From the sequence record MT612988.1: 64,000 nt of DNA, one strand, 5' to 3'. The position numbers and the translations under genes were made by a program. Under the pieces are notes generated by a model. That model was not told the DNA's origin. It saw only the letters and a program-made list of their open reading frames with translations, and made no database searches. Below are positions 1 through 7,328 of the stretch, in pieces; the first letter of the stretch is position 1, and each line of letters begins with the position of its first letter.

Positions 1-1239
1 AACATCATCAACCATTTCAGTCACTGGACGTAGACTAGACATGATATTCGGGTGGAATACACGATTCGACTCAGCCATTGTTGAAAATGCAGTCACTGTT
101 TGACGCTCAGGGGTAACACAACCATCGAACGATAGCATAGCTTCAGCAAATGCTTTACAGTCAAAACGTTTCACGCCTTTACGTTCCATCATCGCAATCA
201 TATCAAGAAGCGGGTAACCTGCTTCAGATAATTCAACGCGATATTCTTCACACACACGACCTGCACGCATAGCATGTTCCGCGTTTGTTAGAACAATACT
301 TGTGTTGTTGTGTTTCAGCTTCCAACCGTTGTCAAAATACGCTTCTTTCACATCAACAAGATTTTGCCATGCAGTCGATGTCAGTGGCGCAGTCGCGATT
401 TCTTTCGTGAAAACGTTCTGAGCATGTTCAATCATGGTGATGTTCTGTTTCAGATCGTATGCTTTGAATCCTTCTAGCATCGGCAAGCCAGTATCGTCTT
501 TACGTTCACGAGCGTATGATACGTCTTTCGCTTCTTTTACAATGAACAAGTCCATGATTTTACGGTTCAGTGCAGCCAATGTAAGTGCATTTTTACCAGA
601 CTTGATTTTCATCTCAGTGATGTCAGACAGTTCGGCTTTTGAATCAACCGATTCAACAGTCACATAAACGTCACCAAGCTCGATGTTTTCAGCCATTGAC
701 AGTATTTCAGATGCTGAATTGTCATCAATTGATAGCGATTCAATTACAAGCTTATCAGAATCAGCAAGATTAATTTTCATTTCACGCATAGGGAAAACAA
801 CGTGAATGTCATTTTTCTTATAACCAAGCTTAGTCGCTTCGGCAACAACCTGATCTAAGTAACCGCCTTTAATCACGATGCTAGGAAGACGAGCTTCAGT
901 ACACATGATCATAGACTTAACTTGCTGTAGCTCATGTGCTGGCAATGATAAGAATTCGTTTTCCATAAGCAAGTTGATTGTGCTTACGTTCTCGCTCAGA
1001 TTAATATCGAAGTTTTTCTCATCGACGTTTTTATCTTCAGCAAGTTTAGTACTCATGATAGATTTAAGCTCATTTGCCTTTTCCATCATGCCGATAGTTG
1101 TTTCAACGCCTTTGCCTTTGCTGAACTCAGTAGATGCAGTGCCTAGCTCAACAATAACTTGACCAAACTTAGGGTAGATTTTACCACCCTGAGTTTGACG
1201 GCGATTTTCACTCAGAAATGAGTCAAAGTTACCTAACAT
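1..1239 (-). CDS. Hypothetical protein, >413 aa, runs off the window edge; not in the ORF track
   Basis: Hand translation from ATG 1239 (MLGNFDSFLSENRRQ...) stays open to position 1. AAGGAA SD overlaps the gp55 stop. Confidence 0.85.
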   Translation of the reverse strand, partial: MLGNFDSFLSENRRQTQGGKIYPKFGQVIVELGTASTEFSKGKGVETTIGMMEKANELKSIMSTKLAEDKNVDEKNFDINLSENVSTINLLMENEFLSLPAHELQQVKSMIMCTEARLPSIVIKGGYLDQVVAEATKLGYKKNDIHVVFPMREMKINLADSDKLVIESLSIDDNSASEILSMAENIELGDVYVTVESVDSKAELSDITEMKIKSGKNALTLAALNRKIMDLFIVKEAKDVSYARERKDDTGLPMLEGFKAYDLKQNITMIEHAQNVFTKEIATAPLTSTAWQNLVDVKEAYFDNGWKLKHNNTSIVLTNAEHAMRAGRVCEEYRVELSEAGYPLLDMIAMMERKGVKRFDCKAFAEAMLSFDGCVTPERQTVTAFSTMAESNRVFHPNIMSSLRPVTEMVDDV

Positions 1240-1248
1240 GTTAATTCC

Positions 1249-1761
1249 TTAATCGTAAAATTTCTGTAAGTTAAGTGGTTCTTTCTGTTCATCTGGTTGA
1301 GCTTTAGCAGTCTTGCCAGATTCGTAAGAATTGACACGTTCTAACATCTGTTGAAGAAAATCGAAATCAGTTTCTTCACCATCAATCGAGTAGTTAGACG
1401 AATCACATAAGAATACTTTATATTTAATCGCTGTATCTTTTCTTTCTTTCTTAATACGTTGTACAAACGCATTGAAGCAAATACGAGTGATATAAGCGTG
1501 TGGGTTGTTATACTTGTCAGTGTCGAAGTTCTTGATATAGCGCAAGCAATGTTCAATCGCGTCACCAATCATCTCTTCTTTCCATGTTGCAGTATACCCA
1601 CTAAAATTGTAACGGCGAGATAAATTCTCGCTGATCTTCATGATGCTGATTGCTACCACGTCAGGGACGGGAATTGCAGCATCAGGGTGTTTCTTCATTT
1701 CGTTTTTCCATTCGCACAAAGATGCGTACAGAGCTTTATTATCTACATAATGATTTTTCAT
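1249..1761 (-). CDS. 55: Late-transcription sigma factor gp55
   Basis: NHYVDNK, LSRRYNFSGYT, WKEEMIGDAIE and NPHAYITRICFNAFVQRIKKE are T4 gp55 motifs; 170 aa. Confidence 0.95.
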   Translation of the reverse strand: MKNHYVDNKALYASLCEWKNEMKKHPDAAIPVPDVVAISIMKISENLSRRYNFSGYTATWKEEMIGDAIEHCLRYIKNFDTDKYNNPHAYITRICFNAFVQRIKKERKDTAIKYKVFLCDSSNYSIDGEETDFDFLQQMLERVNSYESGKTAKAQPDEQKEPLNLQKFYD

Positions 1762-1769
1762 GTCACACC

Positions 1770-2669
1770 TTATACCGTTACTGCGTGAGTGTATGACAGC
1801 TTAGAACTGTTCGCAAGAACACCAAGATTATCCCAGTCGATTTCAACGGCACCCGTTTGATTGTCTTCTAATGGGGCTACGGTCAATGCGTATCGAGCAA
1901 TCACACCGTAAATTGGGTGGAATGATTTTGAGTCTTGTGTTTTATATTGATATGCAATACCAGCGTCTGTTGCTTTGTCAAAGTTGTATGGGCTGAATAC
2001 TAAACTTGAGATTTCATAATCACCAAGTTCTTTCTTAACACCAATTGTTACGTAGTCAGTCGTTGCATACTTGTCATGAACTAGATATAACCCAGAGTCA
2101 CATTTATACATGCTAGTATCACCAATCTGTGTAGCCATACCAGTGCCCGTCAATAGACCAAATGCTTCACCACCTGCTACGATATATGTACCTGTACAAC
2201 CCGTCGACTTTTCAATCTCAGCAGCAGATGCATGGACGAGCGAGTATAATTCTCGACCTTTATCAAAACGATTAGTAATCCCAGATAGCGTAATTGCACT
2301 ACCAACAGTTGAAATACTGTTTAGTGCATCGATGATATTAGTGTTGATGTCATCTGCGATTTGGTCAGCAATAGAATCTGTGATAATCGATTCATTGACA
2401 CCAAGTGCTTGCATATCTTGAATTGTTTCAAGTGAGATTTCAGTTTTTAGCTTTGATGATTGAACTTGTGCATACCAGCGATCAAGTCTAAAACCATGGG
2501 GAAGCCAGCCACTCGCGTCATCAGCTTCAGCTACAGATTTGAAACCGAATGCAGTCGCAACCGGTTGAGTTGTTGGCTGTTCTGAAACGATTTGCGTAAA
2601 TATTAACGGGTATAGTCGTTTTTGAACAGAAACAATGTCTGGTAAACCGTTACTATTAGATACAGTCAT
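1770..2669 (-). CDS. 24: Capsid vertex protein gp24 (short, 299 aa)
   Basis: N-terminus NSNGLPDIVSVQKRLYPLIFTQIVSEQPTTQPVA resembles the mature N-terminus of T4 gp24; VFSPY and YGVIARYAL resemble gp23/24 motifs; late promoter upstream. Confidence 0.8.
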   Translation of the reverse strand: MTVSNSNGLPDIVSVQKRLYPLIFTQIVSEQPTTQPVATAFGFKSVAEADDASGWLPHGFRLDRWYAQVQSSKLKTEISLETIQDMQALGVNESIITDSIADQIADDINTNIIDALNSISTVGSAITLSGITNRFDKGRELYSLVHASAAEIEKSTGCTGTYIVAGGEAFGLLTGTGMATQIGDTSMYKCDSGLYLVHDKYATTDYVTIGVKKELGDYEISSLVFSPYNFDKATDAGIAYQYKTQDSKSFHPIYGVIARYALTVAPLEDNQTGAVEIDWDNLGVLANSSKLSYTHAVTV

Positions 2670-2724
2670 TGTATGATTCCTTTAATTTATTGCCGCATTT
2701 CAGCGGAGAGAATGTTATTTTCTT

Positions 2725-2964
2725 TTATTTATATGTCTGGTTATCAACCCATTGCTTGAGTTCTGGAAGATGACCTATGTATGTATCACCATGCATAGCA
2801 AGAGGCACGCGAATGTTGCGCACCCCACCAAGTTTCTCATGCAATTTATCGATATCAGATTGAGACTGTAACTCTATTACAGTGTACGGGACGTTTTTGA
2901 ACTTACAGAGGGAAATTGCGTGACGACAGCCGTCACAGTTGGGAATTGTGTATATCGTTATCAT
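2725..2964 (-). CDS. Glutaredoxin / NrdH-like
   Basis: TIYTIPNCDGC (CxxC), VP motif, YIGH; 79 aa. Confidence 0.85.
   Translation of the reverse strand: MITIYTIPNCDGCRHAISLCKFKNVPYTVIELQSQSDIDKLHEKLGGVRNIRVPLAMHGDTYIGHLPELKQWVDNQTYK
2726..2733 (-). promoter_or_regulatory. Late promoter TATAAATA upstream of gp24-gp55
   Basis: Exact T4 late consensus overlapping the glutaredoxin stop codon. Confidence 0.7.
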
Positions 2965-2981
2965 TTCTTCACCTCGACCTA

Positions 2982-3011
2982 TATTATACGTCTGCCAAGG
3001 TGGTTATTAAA
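2982..3011 (-). promoter_or_regulatory. GTTTAA-18-TATAAT promoter for the glutaredoxin-gp24-gp55 unit
   Basis: Minus strand reads gtttaa taaccaccttggcagacg tataat, then GAGGTGAG SD and ATG 2964. Confidence 0.6.
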
Positions 3012-3020
3012 CAAATCTTA

Positions 3021-3081
3021 CTAATACTTCTAATATTACTAAAAGCACTAATACTACTAAGATGAGACGGAATTTTTCCGC
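3021..3081. repeat. 61-bp dispersed element, copy 1: five 9-bp CTAA-iterons plus CGGAA-ttt-TTCCG hairpin
   Basis: 60/61 identical to the reverse complement of 45710-45770. Units: ctaatactt, ctaatatta, ctaaaagca, ctaatacta, ctaagatga. Confidence 0.95.
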
Positions 3082-3088
3082 TCAAACC

Positions 3089-3110
3089 AAAAAAAGCCCC
3101 TTTCGGGGCT
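3089..3110 (-). terminator. Rho-independent terminator
   Basis: agcccc-gaaa-ggggct followed by a T-run, after the SprT-like gene. Confidence 0.85.
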
Positions 3111-3128
3111 ATAAAGAGAACAACAATG

Positions 3129-3956
3129 TTATAAACCGTGAGATTTTTTGAAAGTGTCTAGACGCTTTTCGATTGTGTGAGCTTCTAGTTCAATAATGAT
3201 GTACCAATCTTTGTATTTACCACGCTGTTCAAATGACACTGACTTACAACCTTTGTGAGTAGTATTCATTACGATTTCTGCGATTGCGTCACGAGCAGCT
3301 TGACCACGTGCGTTTACTTTCTTAGCAGGCTTAGGCGCTTCAGCTTTCTTTTCAGCTTTCGGTGCAGGTGCTGCTACAGGTTCAACTGCTTTAGTATTTT
3401 CAGCTTTCTTAGCTTCGTGATCTGCTTTGATAGCGTTGAATGTTGATGTTGCAACGCAACGAAGTTGACCTTCAGTTTCAGCTTTACGACCTTTCAAGTA
3501 TAGAGCCTTGATGTGTACTGGTTGAAAACGCTTAGTCAAACGATCCATTTTCTGAACTACTTCAAGTTCACCTTGAGCGTTTTCGAAGAAAACAACGTAC
3601 TTGCTATCTACAGCATCAGGGTTAGATACAGTTGAGCAACGCTTTGCATCGCCACCTAGTTGACGGTGTACACGCTTCCAGATAGCACCGTGACCACGTT
3701 CGTTGTAATCAGTGTAAGCAATCGCATGAGCCATTTCGTGAGTGATTGTGTTGATTTGCTCTTCTTTAGTACGAGCGTTCAAGAATTCTTCAGAAATACG
3801 TAGCGTTTTAGTACGGTAGTTACAATCACCTAGTGCAGCTTTACGTTTTGAAAATTCAAATGACCAACCTTCTGCAATCAGATCGCGCTTCATCAAGTTG
3901 TTACCAGACATAAGGTCGATTGCGATAGCTTTCATTTCTGCTTTAGTGATTGTCAT
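3129..3956 (-). CDS. SprT-like zinc metalloprotease
   Basis: TITHEMAHAI (HExxH), HGAIWKRV and LGDCNY SprT-like motifs; A/P/K-rich linker. Confidence 0.85.
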   Translation of the reverse strand: MTITKAEMKAIAIDLMSGNNLMKRDLIAEGWSFEFSKRKAALGDCNYRTKTLRISEEFLNARTKEEQINTITHEMAHAIAYTDYNERGHGAIWKRVHRQLGGDAKRCSTVSNPDAVDSKYVVFFENAQGELEVVQKMDRLTKRFQPVHIKALYLKGRKAETEGQLRCVATSTFNAIKADHEAKKAENTKAVEPVAAPAPKAEKKAEAPKPAKKVNARGQAARDAIAEIVMNTTHKGCKSVSFEQRGKYKDWYIIIELEAHTIEKRLDTFKKSHGL

Positions 3957-4000
3957 AATGTTCTCTCTTTAAGTAGTTCGTATCTCGTCTTGATGTGTTT

Positions 4001-4029
4001 ATTATCGGGGATTGACGTGTTATTGTCAA
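4001..4029 (-). promoter_or_regulatory. Early sigma70-like promoter TTGACA-17-GATAAT
   Basis: -35 at 4024-4029 and -10 at 4001-4006, overlapped by a 9-bp inverted repeat at 4008-4033. Confidence 0.75.
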
Positions 4030-4064
4030 TCCCTAAAACTACTTTTTTCGTGAATTATTTCAAA

Positions 4065-4568
4065 TTATTCACTAATTGACTTCACTTTTTCGATAATTTC
4101 AACGATTTCTTTCGCTGAACGATTCGAAAATATGATTGTCGATTTTTTGCGTCGCTGTACTTCTTTATGCTTTGCTGGGTTTAGATGTCCAAGTTCGCGA
4201 TCAAGTTCCTTATTTGATAATACACTAGAACGAATCATTACGCGATGACTATCAGGCAGTCCAGTAGTCACGTATACATTTAGACCGTGCTCTTCAGAGT
4301 CCATACCAGGCTGAGATTCTCGAATCTCCCAAAAATCTGAAGACTCGCTTTGTAGTTCTGCAAGTAGTTCTTCAGCAGTTGCTTTAGGCTGTGCTTCAGC
4401 GCGTACTTTACGTGCTTTCTTCGTCTTAGCAGATTTCATTGCTTTCTGACGAAGGTCTGTTAAATAATGACGACGACCTTTCTCATCAACAACTTGAAAA
4501 CCGTTTGAGTCTACTGTCATGTTGAAGTAAGCAGCAAGTTGTTCGTTAGTCAGTGATTGTACATTCAT
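4065..4568 (-). CDS. Hypothetical early protein, 167 aa
   Basis: ORF with GAGAGA RBS and an early promoter. Confidence 0.75.
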   Translation of the reverse strand: MNVQSLTNEQLAAYFNMTVDSNGFQVVDEKGRRHYLTDLRQKAMKSAKTKKARKVRAEAQPKATAEELLAELQSESSDFWEIRESQPGMDSEEHGLNVYVTTGLPDSHRVMIRSSVLSNKELDRELGHLNPAKHKEVQRRKKSTIIFSNRSAKEIVEIIEKVKSISE

Positions 4569-4607
4569 AATTATTCTCTCTGTTCGTTAATTCGTTTCGA
4601 TGAAGCT

Positions 4608-4636
4608 ATATTAGGTCTATATTGTTTTTCGTGCAA
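4608..4636 (-). promoter_or_regulatory. Early promoter TTGCAC-17-TAATAT
   Basis: A-tract, GGTTGCAC, 17-nt spacer, TAATAT. Confidence 0.75.
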
Positions 4637-4687
4637 CCTTTTTCTGACAAAAAGTTTAAAATAATTTCAACGGGTGTTATGAGCAAT

Positions 4688-4695
4688 CATAAATA
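4688..4695 (+). promoter_or_regulatory. Late promoter variant CATAAATA
   Basis: TAAATA core about 30 nt before ATG 4727. Confidence 0.6.
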
Positions 4696-4726
4696 CACAT
4701 ATATTTCTAAAGGGTGAGTCTATAAA

Positions 4727-6355
4727 ATGATTGGATTTCAACAATTAAATGAAAACATGAGCGCAACGTACGACTATTATCCGGCTCGCTCGACCAAAGA
4801 AAACAAATTCTTTGTGATCGACATGAAAGGCGAAGCCAGAGACATCGTTGTTTCGTTCACAACTAAAACAAAATCAGATATCGGAAATCGCGGTAAACGT
4901 TCTTGGTTCTGTACTGTATCAGCAATGCGCGGCAAAAAAGGCGGTGTTACTATTCGTGAAATGGGAGATGAACAAAAGCTTCAACAAACTATTGTTAAAG
5001 TGGTTCAAGATTTCATGATCAAACGTCGTGCGAATGTCGTTTCAATGCGTGTGCAGAAACTAGGTACGGGTAAGATGTTCGACTTGCGCGTTAAAACGTT
5101 GTTTAAAAAGCTACGTTACGGCTGTGATACAACTAAGATTATTGGCGTGGGTGGTGAAGAAATTTCGCAAGATTACAGCTTCTTTATTGTAACCAAACCA
5201 GGGTATAATGCCGATAAGCTATTCGAAGCATCTGAAGAAACAATTAACGATATTGCGTTAAAAATGTCACTCGAAACTGATATTTCAAGCAAGAAAACGA
5301 TTATCGTAACTGCCGATGCTGCGTATGACGACTATGAAGATGACGTACTAGGTAAATGGGTAGAAGAAAACCCCGCTGCACGTGTTCCAAATGATGTTCT
5401 TCAAATGCCTCAATATGAAGCGCGTGTAAGTTCGTCTGTTCGTTCTCAATTGAATGAAAGCAATGAACATGTTCTTGCTAATGCTGCGAAAGGTTTAATT
5501 GATATGAGTTTGAATCTTGAAACTGTGGCAGTTTCATTGAATTCATATATCGCCGAATCGAAGAAGCCTCAAAGCGTTCTGAATAGTATCATGGAATCTC
5601 GCTCACGTGCTCATGCAAGTCAGTATGAACGTCTTTCTTTGCAACTTATGCAGGAAGATTCATTTGCGGGTCTATCGTCACTTACACAAGCGGCTATTGC
5701 TAGATACTCCGCGACTCGTTTTTCATGGAAGGTGAATGAAGAGTTATTACACGGAACTGGTGTTGATAAAGAATCACAGATTGTCTCACGCATCGACCAA
5801 GCGTTTTCTGAAGCTGGTATGATTGCTGGTGGAATGACGTTATATCGTGGCTGTGAAATGTCAAGTAAACATGTGCGCTCTATTCTTGAATCTGGCTCGT
5901 TTGTTTCGACTGCGTTTATCTCAACGTCAATCGACCCTCTTGTTGCTTGTAAGTTCGTTGAATCAAGCTCTAAGAACATCATTGATTCAACTGCTAAGAA
6001 TAGTAAATCAGATATGCGTTCTCTGCTTGAGTCAGATAAGAAAATGAATGTTGTATTCATCATAGAAGCGAGCGGCTTGCCTGTTTTAGCTTCAGGTAAA
6101 CACGGTATGAAAGACTCAAAAGAGATTATCATCAACCGTAATACGATGTTTGAAGCTGACGTTGTTCAAATGTCTGAATACGACGCTGTAATTCGATTGA
6201 AAATCAAAGAAGATACGAAGCAAGGTGTATTGTCTGCTTTCAAAAAGCAAGACCGTTTACACGAGCTTTCAGAAGTAGCTAATTTCATGCGTTCTGTTGA
6301 TGTAGATGTCGATGCAGATAGACTAACAAAAGAGCGTAGTCCTCTAACACCATGA
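4727..6355 (+). CDS. Alt-like ADP-ribosyltransferase (R-S-E class), probably virion-packaged
   Basis: C-terminal LYRG (R374), FISTSID (S399-T-S401) and SKEIIINRN (E466); N-terminus MIGFQQLNE; late promoter. Confidence 0.75.
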   Translation: MIGFQQLNENMSATYDYYPARSTKENKFFVIDMKGEARDIVVSFTTKTKSDIGNRGKRSWFCTVSAMRGKKGGVTIREMGDEQKLQQTIVKVVQDFMIKRRANVVSMRVQKLGTGKMFDLRVKTLFKKLRYGCDTTKIIGVGGEEISQDYSFFIVTKPGYNADKLFEASEETINDIALKMSLETDISSKKTIIVTADAAYDDYEDDVLGKWVEENPAARVPNDVLQMPQYEARVSSSVRSQLNESNEHVLANAAKGLIDMSLNLETVAVSLNSYIAESKKPQSVLNSIMESRSRAHASQYERLSLQLMQEDSFAGLSSLTQAAIARYSATRFSWKVNEELLHGTGVDKESQIVSRIDQAFSEAGMIAGGMTLYRGCEMSSKHVRSILESGSFVSTAFISTSIDPLVACKFVESSSKNIIDSTAKNSKSDMRSLLESDKKMNVVFIIEASGLPVLASGKHGMKDSKEIIINRNTMFEADVVQMSEYDAVIRLKIKEDTKQGVLSAFKKQDRLHELSEVANFMRSVDVDVDADRLTKERSPLTP

Positions 6356-6358
6356 TCG

Positions 6359-6384
6359 AAAAAGGGAGCAAATTGCTCCCTTTT
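6359..6384. terminator. Bidirectional terminator
   Basis: aaaaa-gggagc-aaatt-gctccc-tttt between convergent genes; identical 26-mer at 47107-47132. Confidence 0.9.
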
Positions 6385-6387
6385 CTT

Positions 6388-7269
6388 TTATCGAATATCT
6401 TCTAGTTCATAACCCCAGATATTACTAAAATCTTCTTCTGATTCGACGTAATACAATGTATCTTGCTCACATAAAATCATATCACCTGCATCAAGCGCCG
6501 CACCTTTTTCACTAATATCAAATGTACGACCTGTTTTAGTGCGAACTGTAATATCACCTAGCATTGACAGCCAAATGTCAGCCGAATCTAAGTTATTGAA
6601 CTTACCACGCGGAGTTGTTGCTTCAATGTGAATAACATCACTCGATTTTCGCTCTATGTAAACTCGACCGTGTGGCAATCCAAATCGAATGAAATCTCCG
6701 TCGTTGTCTAACCAGAATAACTTAGCCCAAGTGAATGCGTTAGTATTTGGGAAAATAACGTACGTTAGTTCTTCTTCTTTGTGAATCCCGTCGTTATGCA
6801 GTCTGCGAACTTTCGGTGGGTTATTGTTCTTCAATGTGAAGCTATTTCCCATGACGTGAACCGTATAGTCCATCTTGTTCGCGTATCGCTCAGCCATACG
6901 TTTGTACAGTCGGAAACGTTTGTCTGCATCATTGCGATCTTCATCTGAGTACGCACTAAACGCAATCTCATCAGGGTTAATCTCAGACGCTTTTTCAAAC
7001 GTAGCAGCTAGAATCGTACTTAATACTGTCATGGCATCTTTAGGCGATCCTTTTGCAAGCGTGTGCGTCCAATTGCCTGTTTCACGATCTTTTCGTTGGA
7101 AAGCTACATATATGCTTACACCGCGTGGCGTTTCGCGATCTTGAATCGTTGCTAGGTATTGGGTCCCGCCTACTGTGAAACTAGCTTCATTGTGCATAGC
7201 ATCCCATCTATATGGCACTGGTCGGTCGAACGCTTCAATTAACGTTTCTCCATGTTCAAAAATGATCAT
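6388..7269 (-). CDS. Hypothetical late protein; N-terminal AFDRP domain shared with 51609-52529
   Basis: MIIFEHGETLIE|AFDRP; TATAAATA at 7294-7301. Confidence 0.8.
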   Translation of the reverse strand: MIIFEHGETLIEAFDRPVPYRWDAMHNEASFTVGGTQYLATIQDRETPRGVSIYVAFQRKDRETGNWTHTLAKGSPKDAMTVLSTILAATFEKASEINPDEIAFSAYSDEDRNDADKRFRLYKRMAERYANKMDYTVHVMGNSFTLKNNNPPKVRRLHNDGIHKEEELTYVIFPNTNAFTWAKLFWLDNDGDFIRFGLPHGRVYIERKSSDVIHIEATTPRGKFNNLDSADIWLSMLGDITVRTKTGRTFDISEKGAALDAGDMILCEQDTLYYVESEEDFSNIWGYELEDIR

Positions 7270-7293
7270 TTTCGTTATCTCTCTAAATGAAAG

Positions 7294-7301
7294 TATTTAT
7301 A
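7294..7301 (-). promoter_or_regulatory. Late promoter TATAAATA
   Basis: Exact consensus between the ligase terminator and ATG 7269. Confidence 0.8.
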
Positions 7302-7304
7302 CGC

Positions 7305-7327
7305 AAAAAGGGGCATAAGCCCCCTTT
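7305..7327 (-). terminator. Terminator after DNA ligase
   Basis: ggggc-ttat-gcccc followed by a T-run. Confidence 0.8.
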
Positions 7328-7328
7328 A

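Noticed and set aside
434-1162. Two plus-strand ORFs (434-667, 878-1162)
   Set aside because: They lie antisense, in register, to the long minus-strand ORF 1-1239.
2692-2706. ccgc-N6-gcgg hairpin in the gp24 leader
   Set aside because: Only 4 bp with no T-run; too weak to call a terminator or regulatory element.
3021-3081. Iteron array as a CRISPR or mini-array
   Set aside because: Units are 9 bp and contiguous, with no unique spacers and no cas genes.
5620-6135. 171-aa antisense ORF inside the Alt-like gene
   Set aside because: Shadow frame of a coding gene; no RBS or promoter, and Ser/Leu-rich antisense composition.
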